DNA from: Lama guanicoe
Taxonomy: Eukaryota
Assembly: GCA_013239625.1 (NCBI GenBank)
Contig: MU054391.1
Span: forward strand, 9,581,095-9,645,094
DNA: 64,000 bases
Direction: 5' to 3'
The notes below the pieces were generated by a model that was not told the DNA's origin, searched no databases, and saw nothing but the letters and a program-made list of their open reading frames with translations. Shown here one piece after another: positions 51,275-64,000 of this stretch (position 1 is the first letter of the stretch; each line of letters starts with the position of its first letter). Position numbers and translations under genes: made by a program.

Positions 51275-51504
51275 CTGGCCAGATCCATGCAGCTGTCTGT
51301 GAGGTTGGTAGAAGAATTGAAGTACTCTCTGCTGGCGGCCAAAACCAAGTCGATACTTTTTTCATAACTGACCCTATACTGGGTTTTTCCTTTTTGGGCT
51401 CCGCTAGCTGGTGGGTTTATTGAACAAGCACTGCCGTGCATCATCTGCCCAGCCAGGTGGATATTTTCAAGGCGACTGGAACACAGAAGGCTTTCTGTAA
51501 ATAT
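51275..51504 (-). CDS. NBAS: NBAS exon ~30 (230 nt): IFTESLLCSSRLENIHLAGQMMHGSACSINPPASGAQKGKTQYRVSYEKSIDLVLAASREYFNSSTNLTDSCMDLA(R)
   Basis: Acceptor cccccag|ATA, donor CAG|gtagag; phase 0 to 2; contains the AASREYFNSS segment of the Sec39-like region. Confidence 0.96.
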
Positions 51505-53609
51505 CTGGGGGAAAGAGAAACTGGAATTAGTGCTTACTGAGGGAGGATTCGGTTCTCAGCACAATGGAGGCTCTGATATCCAAGTGAAATAAATTAAAAT
51601 ACATCCATCCTATAGGTAGAGGTTGCACAATATTGTGAATAAAAAAAACTCAATAAAAAAATCCATCTTTTAGGGAGAAGAAATAATTTAACTGAACAAA
51701 CCAATGCTAAACATAATACCTTAACAAGTTACAAAGAATACTTGAGAAAATAAAGTTTATTCTCATTAAAAACGAGATCCATTAGACATACTGTCCCAAA
51801 CTCAACAGGGCCCACTCTGATTAACCTATTTATAACATTTCAATTTTTTAAAAGAAAATCTTTGAATATGGTACACATAATTAATGACTACTTAAAGCAC
51901 ATGAAGTCGTTCTCACAAACTAAACACCCAAGCTACACATGTTAAACTTAGTCATTAAAATTACAATATACCATAACAGTTTTTTTCCCAACCAGCAAAT
52001 TAAAACCTATTTAAATAAAACAAAAGCCACTGATGACAGGTATTCATGCAAATGTCCTATTACTCTATAAGGTAACTAATAGATCAAAGAACATAAAATT
52101 TATTCTACAACTGAGATTACTTACTTACTCCAGAAAGTCTTAAAGAGATCCCTTTAAACCCACACTAATGACGTCAATATGTAATCAGTACAAGAACTTC
52201 CCCAAGGATGCTCTTTCCTATCAGGCCACTGTGAGATAAGCTTAGCACAGAAACAAAAGCAAGAGATGAAAAGATTTCACAGAGAAGTAAGAGTCTCCTT
52301 GTAAGTAAGAAAGCTACCCAACTTTCCTAGGACCTCCTTATTTTCATTTGTTTCTAGGCTTCTGGAGAAGGGATTTTTAGACAGGCCTTTACTAAAATGA
52401 CTGATAAGGATAAAATTACTGATATCTACAAAGGATTCACTATAAGATACATATTGTGACAGAAAGCAAATTGTCAATAAGTAACCTTAATTACTTAGAC
52501 TGACAGGTGAAAACAGTTTCCTCCAAGTGACCAAAATGACTTAGATATTAACACTTTCTCTATTCTTTGGGTTTAGTAAGCCATAAAGAGTCAAAATAAT
52601 TCAGTCACTCCAATATTTTAAAATTTTGCTAAAATAAACAATATAGATTTCTGCCCTACAGGCTACACAGAAATCTTCAACTTTATCAAAATTGTGCCAA
52701 TGAGATTTCAAACTGTTTTCCAAGGACAGCAAAACCTAATACGGCAGCCACAAGTCAGTAAGACAATACAGCATAACTGAAATGGCACTAAAACATTTTA
52801 AAATGTTTAAGTTTACCAAATCTATATTATCTTCTTCTAGAACGGTTTCAAGACTGTTCTAATATGATTTCAAACATTTTCTCAAAGGAGAGAGACAAAT
52901 AGGCCAAAGTCATTAAAATATCAAAGCCTGGTACAAAGGTGCTAAAATATAACACGAACAATGCAGCACGTCGAGTTGTTATGACAGATTACATAGAAGC
53001 CAGTTCAAGTGTAATATACTTAGTGCCAATTTTTAAATCAGCATCAGGAAATACCAGGAAATAATGCTACTCCTACTTTAAAACACGATTTCAGGCATAC
53101 TGATGACAGTAAGATTTTGGACCCCAGTGCATATAGATTATTTTCTCCTGTAACTGAATTTCAGGTTTTCAAAGAGTAAGTTACTGGCAGTTGTACGTGG
53201 TCTGAGATTGTAATCATCAAAATAAACTTTACACACATCAAGCATTTAAAAACTTGAAGTTCAAATATAAAATCATTCATTTCTCAAAAGCCTATATTAG
53301 TACTCTTTTGTTAAAATCAGCTTGAATTAAAATACCAATCAGTTTCACAGAGACCCATTTTATAACTCATTTTATCAGTGGGCTGTGCTTTGCAATGCCA
53401 GAGCAGAGCAACACAAGAAAGCTTCTATATAATTTTGGTCTGGCTTATCTGGTTTATCAAATGGGAGCCCTCTTTAAAACTGTATTTCATTAAAAATGGG
53501 TTAGCTGAATCATTTTTTCCACACAAACCATGAATGATTTGGTGGTAACACACATACCTTCCAAAGTAAGGATTAAATCCCCCTGGGTTACACTCCTAGC
53601 AGACTGACC

Positions 53610-54200
53610 ATTCTTAAGTATCCTTTGTGTCCCAGACACTCTAATATGCATGGTATGGTGATGCCTACCTAGGAGCTCATGACCACGGGGAAGAAACACA
53701 CATAGAAACAGACAAGTCACTGCATGTGAAAGCAAGCCTATAATAGAGACAGGTTATATAAAAGGACAAATGAAGGCATCCTAGAGGGCATAATGAGTGA
53801 GCTGAATCCTAAAAATTATCAGCAATTTTCAAATTAAAAAAGAGGAACATATTCCAGGCAAAGGGAATGTGCACAAAGTCACAGAAACAGGAAACAGCAT
53901 CGTCAGTGGAGGGACTCAAGGCAGACCTGGCACCACAGAAGCACAGGGTGGAGAATGCACAGGGTAGCTGCAATCTGCTGTGGCTTTCAACGTCATGCTA
54001 AGAAGGATGGATAGTTTCTGACTGTAGATATGGAAGAAGCAGTGCATTTTAAAAGGGGAAGTGTCACGAAAAGGTTTCAGAAGAATACTCTGTCAGCCTA
54101 AGAAAGAAAGAGATATGGAAGTAGGGAGACAAGTGCGGACAATACTGTGATTTATGAGATGAAGACAGGACAGATTAGAAAGAGTCAAGTACAATTTGGA
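53610..54200 (-). mobile_element. LINE-2 fragment
   Basis: tgtgtcccagacactctaat...tgagctgaatcct...attccaggcaaagggaa...catgctaagaag. Confidence 0.55.
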
Positions 54201-54453
54201 GTTTTCCAGCTGAGAATTAACCCACTAAATAAATCTAAATAGATGGTGTTGAAACGGACAGAGAGAGAAGACAGGAAGTTAGGTATGAAAGTGCTCCAAC
54301 TGTAAAGCACTACTCAATTACCAGCTATTATTCGGTAACTCAGTACCGTTACTTAGAGTGAAGCTTATAGTCATCATCTTTGTGTCCAATAAACAAACTG
54401 TAACGACCAAAATTTCTAAATTAAAAGGAAATAATTTACATACGGAGAGTTAC

Positions 54454-54556
54454 CTCATAGCAAGCGTCAGCATCTAGACACGTGTAAACATTCTGCTGCA
54501 TAGTTAACATGTCTTGCAGCAACATTCTCCAGTGAGACTCACCGACAGGAGGCTGC
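54454..54556 (-). CDS. NBAS: NBAS exon ~29 (103 nt): (K)QPPVGESHWRMLLQDMLTMQQNVYTCLDADACYE
   Basis: Long pyrimidine tract then ccccag|G, donor GAG|gtaact; phase 2 to 0. Confidence 0.95.
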
Positions 54557-57429
54557 CTGGGGAAAACAAAAGAGAAAAGAAAGAAGAAAGTAATTCATGA
54601 AACTTCTCTCTTCAATTGGCCAAAAGCAAAAAAAATCAGTGCCACCATTCTGTACGCCAACACGGCTCCCAAATGGTCAACAGGAATGCATCTCACTTGA
54701 ATCTCCAGGAAAACACTTTGATTAAAGATGGAGGGAAAGGCTGGACAGCGACGCATCAACGCCAGAGATGCTCCAGAGCTGCTCTGTCCTAGGCTGCCTA
54801 GACACAATGGAATAGCATTCAACAGTAACAAAAGGGAAAGAAGCCGTGAGTTTCTCAGGTAAAACGAAGCCCGGTTAGATAAAGCAGCTGTGACACAGCA
54901 GAAAAAGCACCTGGAGACAGGACAATCAGCTTCAGATCCCATCTTCATCACTCTGCAGTCGCCAGCAGGGCATCCTCTTAACCTCAAACACACATGCAGA
55001 CCCAGAAGGCAACCAGAGGCCACACCTGGCTGAGCGAGGGCGGGAGTAACAGCAGCTCGCCCCCAGGGCAGCCTCGATAGTTGCCCTCAGTGGGAGCCCT
55101 CGCAGGGGTCCACAGGGCATCCAGCACCGGACGGAGCGCTGCAGGGGTTCTCTTCCGCCCAGGTGACAGCCCAGGTGCAACAACAGAGAGCCCTGCAGGG
55201 TAGCTGCCGTTCCTATCAGGCTTAGGAAGAAGCGCCATGCCCCACAAAAGCCAGTACCTTCTGTAACAATTTCACAGGCATGGCTTTCAGGGTCCCCTCA
55301 AGGACATGGCAGTGACCACACACGGGAAAACCCCAAGTACAAACCCCCTATCTGGTTTTCTAGCTCATTTACAGCTCTTTCAGACAGAAGCAATTTACCA
55401 ATCAGGGATCAAGCAGTGAGGCCCACAATCAAATACCATTTCATGTCAGTATCCAGAGTTACAGAGTTAGAGAATTAATGGGTCGGGGTCTCCTGCAGCA
55501 GGGGAAAGGGTTTTGTCAACAATGTCACAGACAGTCACGTATCAGCTGTGGGATTGTGAGGATTTAATAAGCCTGAATTTCAGTTTTTCTCACTTAGAGC
55601 CCATCTGAGAGAGTGGTAAAGAATGGATGAGATTAACTTTGATAAAACACAGGCACTGAAGCAAGATTTTTCCTAAGTATAAAAACAAGCTCAATTACCT
55701 GTATGGATTTGAATAAATTTCTTAATTTCCTTTAACTTTAGATTCCCTTTTTGTATATGGTGAGGATTAATTTAAACTAGAATGTATGAAAAGACACTCC
55801 TCATATTTTGCTGGTATAAAACAGTATTCAATAAAAGTGAAGGAATGAATCTGAAAGTTACAAACAGATTTTGTTTGTTTTCCTGTAGTCACACACATAA
55901 TCACTAAATATTGTCTAGCAGGAGGGAGAAGATGCTGTAATCCTCTCTACCTCTCTCCAAAGTTCATCTTTCTTGAATATATATGTGAAGTTTGGAACCA
56001 TCACATGTTTATTTTCTAGTCTTGAAGTTCTACATAATCATGAATCTCATTGTTTGAAAAGGGTAGGTTTTGTTCTGTTTTGTGGGTGTCAAATACCAAC
56101 TGGATGTCTCTTCTCCATACATCTTTTTCTTTCTTATGCATTAAGGGCAAATAGACTGTGTCTAACAGCATTGCTATGGAAAAAGTATGTATTGGGGGAT
56201 CATTCCTGTAAAAATTCTAGTCTTCAGGAATTTTTTCACCTAAAATTTCTAATAACCATATGTTTCATTTGCTTACAGCATTTTATATTTGTTATGCAAG
56301 ATGGGCAATTATTTCTGTCCCATATGCAAAAAAAGCTTAAGAGAACACATTTTTCCCCCAGCATACAAACACACAAAACAAACTGACATATTTGCAAGTC
56401 GTCCAGGATAATCCCTGGTATGTCTCCACTATTTAGACCACGTGAACTCCTTGGGTGGGCTTCAAAGACCTGAAGGGCTCTGTCAAATTTGAATCGCAGG
56501 CAGGTAAGCAGCAAAATGTTTGACGAAATGAGTGTTCATCTTGCACCAGCTTCATAAAATTAGACCTGGGCATTGTCTAGCTAAATTCAAGTTCTCCCAG
56601 CCCAGCTGTTCTGGAAGCCAGCAACAGTGGGACAGATGGTATTAATGTTTTCTCACACATGGTTAGCTGTAAGTACAGGTTCTAATTAAAATAAATTATA
56701 AGACATTATTTCCAGTGGCCTTTTCAGAATATATTCAGTAAATAAGAACCAAGAGTAGAACTTGGAGGCACTATACGAGAGGTTTGCAAATTAACAGAGA
56801 AATACTTGAATACGAACATGAAGTATTAGTTACAGCTTTGGAATGGAGGTGGATTTTCCTGGGAAAAACAGTCTTGCACTCAAGATAGTAAAACCTGATT
56901 TGTGACAGATTCAATGAAATCTGTCACCATTTAGAATATGCATAAGAATATTCTAAAGGTGCTGAAGGCCAAGCCATGGTAGTGTATATTAAATAATTAA
57001 GATTCATTTCAAGTTGGCTACTTTGAAAAAAGAGGCCATATTCTCTGATACAGTCATAGTAAGTAGAAAGTCATAAGCAGAAATTAACTTCAAGGACTGC
57101 AGAAGTATCTGAGGGATTCAATGGAGAGCCAGCAGGTAATGCAGCAGCAACAGCTGAAGAGCAGGTCCTAGAGGAGAGCCAATGTGATGGGAAATACTGA
57201 CCATTCATTTATAGTTGTAAAGGAAGTTTAAGACTTACACTGTCAAACTTTCTAAATTATTCATTTAATAATTACTGAGAGAAGGCCACTGATATGTGAG
57301 GTTCCAAATTAGATGCGTGCTGACAGTAACACTTTCCCTACATAAACGTATGATTTCTCAGGGAATATAAGGCATACAAATCACCAACTATAGTGAACTG
57401 TCAAAAGAGAGACAAGGAGACTGTTTTAA

Positions 57430-58049
57430 GACTTACATAAATCTACTATAATTAATACAGTATGATTAGAGGAAAGACAGACAAATAGATATAGGACCCC
57501 AAAATAGGCCTCCATTATATGGAAAATTGATTTTCAACAAACATTCAAATGTACATGACTATTTACAGCACCTATATTTGTAAAAGCCAAAACTCAAAAG
57601 CAAATGTCCATCAACAAGTGAATAAACAAAATGAAGTGAACCCATCAATGGAATAGTAGTCAGCAAACAAAATGGAATAAACTTTTGATCCATGACACAG
57701 CATGGGTGAATCACAAAATAACCATGCTGAGTGAAAGAAGCAAAACAAACTTTTGTGACTCCATTTACATAAAATTCTAGGAAATTCAAAGCAATACACA
57801 GGGACAGAAAATAAATCACTGGCAGCCGGAGGAGGGGCTGGGCATGTGGTGAGGAGAAGCAGAAGAAGGGGCGGGATTATAAACGAGCAAAAGAGAGCTT
57901 TTAGGGGTGATGGATATGTTCATTATCCTGAATGAGGTGATGGCTTCATGGACATACACACATACCATAACTTACCAGATACTTCTATACTTTCCATATG
58001 TGCAATTTATTGTTGGTCAACTATAACCCAAAGTTAAAAAAAAAAAAAA
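57430..58049 (+). mobile_element. Old L1 (MB/MC-type) 3' portion with A-tail
   Basis: caaatgtccatcaacaagtgaa...catgggtgaatcacaaaataaccatgctgagtgaaagaagc...ggggtgatggatatgttcattatc...poly(A). Confidence 0.8.
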
Positions 58050-58106
58050 GAGCAGTACTTATTTTTAATCATATACAATTATCAATTAATTTTGTTTATT
58101 ACTTAC

Positions 58107-58229
58107 TTCCGACCGGTGTGCCTGGTCAATCTAACCATCAGCTTGCGTGCCTCTTCTGAGCTAGACTGAGTATTTTTAACAAATGAAATTGGTTTCTCAA
58201 GTCCATGTTTCTCCAGAATCTCTGACACA
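58107..58229 (-). CDS. NBAS: NBAS exon ~28 (123 nt): (S)VSEILEKHGLEKPISFVKNTQSSSEEARKLMVRLTRHTGR(K)
   Basis: Acceptor ttaacag|T, donor GAA|gtaagt; phase 2 to 2. Confidence 0.95.
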
Positions 58230-59729
58230 CTGTTAAGTGAATGAAGAATTTTTAAAGAAGTCTTGCTACCACACAAAAAACTCTAATAATTTTAAACATA
58301 TAAGTAGCACTTAGATGTTAAGTATTAAAAAAAAACAAAAGCAGCACATGAAATGACCCAATTTTATGCATAAAATTCTCAGCAAAAAAAAAAAAACCCT
58401 AATAGTTATATATCAAATCTTATTACCCCTACTGACTTTTACTACAATATAAGGTAATACATTTTTTAAAGTAAGTCAATATATTTTTTAAAAAGCCTGG
58501 TATATCCTTATTTCAAAATCTTTTTTTACAATTTTCCTGTACTATAAAAGCATCAAGTCAGCAAAATAAGCCAAATCTATCATTGCAATACCCAGCTTTA
58601 ACTCTTAACAACCCTAGTGAGTATTTTGTCACAGGCAAGGCTGCTAGAAAAGCAATAAGCAAAGAATTTTATAGTTGGAGAACCATAGAAACACCATAAG
58701 GCTCAATTTCCCTCAAGAATCCACCCATTCCATAAACAAACAAGATTCTTGTTCTCATATGAATCTTCTTGAGATATCCCATTCCATAATCATCAGCATT
58801 GTATATATACCTTGTCTCACACTTATGAATTAACCACCACTGGGCTTAAAAAGAAGCCAGACAGAATTCAGTAACTCTTCATAAAGATACATTTCATGGG
58901 TCATGTCACCTGACAATATGTACAACTGAAACATTTATCAACTATTAATGGCTATGAGGTAGAACAGGAATAAAAAGTTCTCGTTTTAAAAGGTCAGTAA
59001 ATCAAGCTGAACAGTGAAAGATCTCGGTATCATCCAGAAACCTATACGGTGTTACCGTTTTCCTGAGGTATTAAGAGCATAATCTGACTATCAAAACACC
59101 CACGGTTATACCCAGGAGCATTCAGTGAAATAAATGATGTTTATTATGAAATAATAATTTTTATGAAACAAATGATGTTTATCATACTCTCTCTCTTTGA
59201 CAAAGCTCTTTTTAATTTCATTAGGGAAACAAAGGTAGCCATGCAGATTTGTAAGAAATGAATCTATATTAACTTAATCCATTAAGCTTTGGTCAAACTA
59301 TGCTTATTTTTCAGAGAGGCTTGGGGGAGGAGAGAGACACCTAATTATTAGATTCCAAATCTTATACTTTACTATACACATTACCACTATCAAGTGATGT
59401 CATTACCTATAATTTCTGTAATTATATATTGGAAGAACAAAATTTATTATTACTAAAATTTTATTTTTAATGCAAATGCTTAAAAATTACACATAAGTAC
59501 ATTATGTAAACATGTAAAACAGAATACTAGTAAACAATATTAGGCTGTCTGAACAGCAAATCACAAGTTTTCAGTCTCCAAAAGAGACAGTTTAATGTCT
59601 CATTTCACAGTAAAGAATATTGATAGAGTTACCAATATAACCCAGACATTCAGTCAAGTGTCCTGTACCCAAAAAAGGAAAGTTAAGGGTATAACAAACA
59701 CTGTTTGCTGACATTGTAATAACTGCTGC

Positions 59730-59930
59730 AGGAACTAAAATTTCTTATCTACCTACTATGTGTCAGGCACTTTAAATGCTTCATCTAATATTAATTCTGC
59801 AATCTCATGAGTTAGATATTATAGATAAGAAAACCCTAGGCTCAGAGAGCACACAGCTAATAAGTGACAACACCTAGATTTGAACACGGGTCTACTGGTC
59901 CTCAAAGTCCATGTCCTTATTGCTGTGGCA
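59730..59930 (-). mobile_element. MIR
   Basis: acctactatgtgtcaggcact...atagataagaaaacc...cacacagctaataagtgac...gatttgaacacgggtc. Confidence 0.65.
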
Positions 59931-60100
59931 CTCTGCTAGAATAAGCTGGTATTACTTCATTATTAAGAAAACTACCCCCTAAGATAGTCAAACAAATATG
60001 AGGTCAAACTGGAAATGACTACTGGGCGTATCTAAGGTAACACTTCTTGGGCAGACCTCCTTAATCAGCATAGAACCAACATATCTTTCATTTTTCTCAC

Positions 60101-60163
60101 CTGAGAATGTGTTCCAGCTGGTCTACCATGTCATGCAGAGCTGTGGTTACCTCTGTTTTATGA
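60101..60163 (-). CDS. NBAS: NBAS exon ~27 (63 nt): (G)HKTEVTTALHDMVDQLEHIL(S)
   Basis: Acceptor cctttag|T, donor CAG|gtgaga; phase 2 to 2. Confidence 0.93.
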
Positions 60164-60839
60164 CTAAAGGATTAAGAAAAAAGAATTAAAATTAAGTTTT
60201 AGTAGTAGCTCTTTACCTAAAATACCAAACTCACTAAGTTAGAAAAAAAAGTTTCCCTTTTACTTAACATATAACAATATTATGCTGACTAGGGAAAATT
60301 TCAGCCTTATCCTTTTCCCATCAATTTTTCACCTGATTTCTGTACCATTAACGACTACATGAAAAAAATAATTTCACACTGGGTTGCAAAATTAGTGACT
60401 TCTAGCATTCATTTCACAAAAAAATAAAAATTTCCTTGGAAGGAAGAGAGAGGGGGGGAGAAGAAGACAGGGACAGCAGAAAAATAAAGAGCAAAGAAAA
60501 TGAGAAAACAGAGCATGAGGACTTCTTGTCTAAATACCTGATTTTGCAAATGAGAAAACGAATGACCAGAGAAGTTAAGTGACTCAGAAGAAGCCACAAA
60601 GGCTTAGAAACAGGTACACTAAATGTTCATTCAGTGTTCTTTCATGTACTCTTATTAACTTCTCCAAATATCAAATTTATAATATGTACTACATGTTAGA
60701 AGAGAGATTAAAGGAATGATTGTTGTGTGACTTCAAAAGAGAAAATATAAATCTGATTTGCATATAACTAAATGATCCAAAAGAATGTTACATAAATTTC
60801 TATTTAAACATAAGCCCAGTTAAAAATTTTGTATATGCA

Positions 60840-61590
60840 TTCCTCAAAAAATTAAAAATAGAACTACCACATGATTCGGCAATTCTACTTCTGGGTACAC
60901 ATCTGAAGAAAACAAAATCACTATGTCAAAGAGCTATCTGCACCCCATGTTCACTGCATCACTATTTATAATAGCCAAGACACAGACTCAATTTAAGTGT
61001 CCATCAAAGGATGAAGTGGATAAAGAAAATGTTGATAACTCACACAGACACACTCACAGACAGACACAGGAATAGTATTCAGCCATAAATAAGAAGGAAG
61101 TCTCACCATTTATGATAACATGGATGAACCTTGAGGGCTTTATGCTAAGTGAAATATGTCAGACAGAGAAAGACAAACACTCTATGATTTCACTTATATG
61201 CAGAATGTTAAAAAAAAATTCACAGAAAGAGAGATCAGATTTGTGGTAACCAGAAGTGGGAGGTGAGGAACTGAATGAAGGTGGTCAGAAGGCACAAACT
61301 TCCAGTTATAAGATAAATAAGTACTGGGATGTAATGTACAACATGAGGACTATAGTTAACACTTATGTATGTTATGTTTGAAAGTTGCTAGGAGAGTAAA
61401 TCCTAAAAGTCCTTATCAGAAGGAAAAAACACAAGGTTTTTTTTTGTATCTGTAAGTGATGATGCTTTTTAACTAAACTTATTGCGCTAATCATTTCACA
61501 ATGTATGTAAGCCAAGTCATTGTTATAAACCTTAAACTTACACAGTGTTATATGTTAATTATATCTCAATACAATGGAAAGAAAAAACTA
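60840..61590 (+). mobile_element. L1 ORF2 end and 3'UTR (L1MA-type)
   Basis: ttcctcaaaaaattaaaaatagaactacca...ccccatgttcactgca...atgctaagtgaaat...cagatttgtggtaaccag...tatatctcaata. Confidence 0.85.
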
Positions 61591-62031
61591 AGTTATGTAT
61601 ATTCATACATTACTACTTTAAAGTTTTACTCTAGGTAAGGGCCAAAAACAATTCATAGAAGAAATAAATATACTAGTCCACAAATGTGAAAAAATGCTTA
61701 ATTAGAAACACAACTTCCCACAAAGAGGTATCATTAACTATCAACTTAAGGAACTACTTTTTTTTTGTGGTGGCAGTGGCATTTTTGTTTGTGTTTTAAT
61801 GGATAATTAATTATCAATGTTGACAAAACTACAGTTACTTCCCATATACTGTTAGAAAAACAGAAGTTCATCCCTAGGCAACAGGTTTGCAAGATGATTT
61901 CATTCTCTTCTTTATTTTTTTTTTATATTCCCAAAAGTCTGTACAATGAACATTCAGGGAAGCAACATTTTCATTTTAACTGTTCGAGTAAAAAGACACA
62001 ACCATAAAATCAATGTACTGTGGGTTCTTAC

Positions 62032-62165
62032 CCGTATCCTCTTTGGGGCAGACATTCTAAGATGTCATAGCAAAGAGAGAGTTGGTCATTTCGTTCACAG
62101 TTATAGATGCAATCTAGTGCTACTGCCATCAGTTGGTCCTGATCAGGAATGATTTTTTGCTGCAA
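62032..62165 (-). CDS. NBAS: NBAS exon ~26 (134 nt): LQQKIIPDQDQLMAVALDCIYNCERNDQLSLCYDILECLPQRGY(G)
   Basis: Acceptor ttctctag|TTG, donor CGG|gtaaga; phase 0 to 2; translation matches NBAS. Confidence 0.95.
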
Positions 62166-63334
62166 CTAGAGAATATAAAGCATGTTGTACTAAACGTCAA
62201 TGGGTTTACAGTCAGTTTTTCCATATTCCAGTACTAATGTCAATAGAATATTAAATAATGCAATTAATCAGCTGCAGAAACAAATCTTGGTTTTTCTTTA
62301 GCTTTCAGACTTTTGGGGTCTTTAATAATTCTAAATGAAATTGAATTTTAATTACAGAACAGCTAGAAAAGATAATTTGTGCCCAAAAGCTCTGCATCTG
62401 TTGAAAATAGAATCTTCAATTTATGACCCATTCAAGATAAAGCAGATAGAAGAAACAGTGAATTAAAAAGGTAATTCATTAAAAACATTTCTAACCCTAA
62501 AGCCAAATTTTATGTGTTTCAATCACAAAAAATATATAAAATTCCTTAACTAATATTCAGAGATGTTCAAACCTGCTATTTTTCAGTATGCATTATACAT
62601 TAGTCATTTAACTAAACAGTACTGACATCTTATTTGAAAGAAGTCACACTGTGATGTAATAACATGGATATCACAGAATATACTCCGTATTTCTGATGCA
62701 GAAAGGTGCTATGCTGGGTCACCTTCACCTTGCAAACCACAGATTCTCATTCTTAAGAGTATTTTCTGGGATACAAAAATAACAGATTTGAGCCTTGTTT
62801 TTCTCATCTATAAAACTGGGATATTAACATCTTCCTAATAGCATTGTTGTGAGGATGAAATAAATCAATACATGTAGAATGCTTATATTATCACCACAAA
62901 ACTAAAATGGAAGTTTGAAACTATTTTCTTTAAGCCCTTTTCAACAACAAAATACGTTTAATTTCCATAATAAAGATCTACAACATTTTAGTAGAAACTC
63001 ACAAAACAGATCGGAAAGTGATGGAGAGAAGCTGCCAAGAAAAGACAGTTTCTTAGTAAAAAAAAAAAAAATCACATCAGTGGATGAAAAGAAAAAAACG
63101 GACAGAAATAAACATTCAAGGTTACCAGGGAAGAAAGGTTTTCTAACATAGTGGGGTTAAAGGAGTTATATACATATATGTCTTCTGGTATTAAAAAAAA
63201 AAGAAATATATCATTAATTTAACAACAGCACTTGACAAAGTGTTAGTTATCCAAGGTCGCAAAATGACAAGCTGGTGAAATAGGGACAGGCAGGGCACAA
63301 TAAAAGTAAATATTAGTAAAAAATTAATGGAACT

Positions 63335-63580
63335 AGCTAACTTTTCCCATTTTCTTATTGTGTGCCAGGTACTATTTCTAAGCATTTTACATGCATTAAT
63401 TCATAAACCCTCGAAACAACACTGTGAGGTCAGTACTGGTATCATTTATTTTACATAAAAGGACAATCAAGGCACCGGGACGACAAACAACTGGCTCGAG
63501 TCCCAGAGCTGGTCACGGTCAAGCCAGCACTGGATCGTGAGCGACTGGCTCTGGAGCTGAAGCTAAGCATAGGCTCTCAT
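63335..63580 (-). mobile_element. MIR
   Basis: tgtgtgccaggtacta...aagcattttacatgcattaattcat...aacaacactgtgagg...ggctctggagc. Confidence 0.65.
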
Positions 63581-64000
63581 CACCCTGGAGAAGAGCTTCA
63601 TGTGCAGAGGAGGGCGAGAGACTGAGAAAAGCAGGGTAGTAAACAACTCATACATGGTGAGAGAGCATCTGGGGAAGATGAAAAACTGAAACCAGTTTCA
63701 GCCAAGCAACAACTTGGGAAACCAGCTGAAAATGAAGCCAGAGTCCTTGATGTTTTCCTCTGTCTTCCTGCCTCCTGTCTTTCCCTCCCTGAGACATTAA
63801 TGTGTTGCTTGAGAGTTAAATGTTCCAGAGCCCATATTTGATCAGGTATGTTCAAAACCCTGGGTTGCAAACCCTTCAGCAGACCTTCACCATGAAAGAT
63901 CAAGAGTCATCTTTGTGCCTTCCACTCAAGCTCCTGCGTGGCCCGGTGCCGACCCACTTTCCTGGTCCTATGAACCTTCCTACTCAAGGTTTTAGTTCAC

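Larger units (their letters stand above)
1..64000 (-). other. NBAS: NBAS gene body (partial; introns 25-40 and exons 26-40 by human numbering); the gene continues beyond both window edges
   Basis: 15 exons splice in phase to a 621-codon open frame matching NBAS (LQQKIIPDQD...KCHPLYR). The next downstream exon (human ADPKELIK...) was not seen in 1-10814. Confidence 0.97.

Noticed and set aside
54930..55260. GC-rich patch near exon 29 as a CpG island or internal promoter
   Set aside because: Only about 300 bp with roughly a dozen CpGs by eye, below island density; no promoter architecture.
56902..56927. Perfect 10-bp inverted repeat GTGACAGATT-caatga-AATCTGTCAC
   Set aside because: Too short for a pre-miRNA or MITE; about one such stem is plausible by chance in 64 kb.
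1..64000. A novel multi-gene system, CRISPR array, prokaryotic operon or nested gene
   Set aside because: The sequence is explained by NBAS exons, known repeat classes and ordinary intron. I saw no regularly spaced repeat array and no second coherent exon chain or retrogene.

Overview
Mammalian genomic DNA, most likely a cetartiodactyl and probably a camelid, judged from the L1 3' ends and the absence of Alu, B1/B2, Bov-tA, PRE-1 and Can-SINE copies. The whole window lies inside the NBAS gene (NBAS subunit of the NRZ tethering complex) on the minus strand. I reconstructed 15 consecutive coding exons, equivalent to human exons 26-40. All have GT-AG boundaries with matching phases, and they total 1863 nt (621 codons) with no stop. 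The introns are ordinary and contain a young 2.2-kb 5'-truncated L1 nested in an older L1, many old L1 3' ends, L2, MIR, MaLR/ERV solo LTRs (MER74-, MER31- and MLT1-like), MER-type DNA transposon relics and microsatellites. I found no evidence of a novel biological system. The leads most worth checking are competing or cryptic splice sites that would make NMD substrates in a gene that is itself an NMD factor, the nested and possibly twin-primed L1 structure, and a few candidate enhancer and CTCF motif clusters. Repeat family names and boundaries come from recognition by eye and are approximate. Human comparisons are from memory of the NBAS protein.
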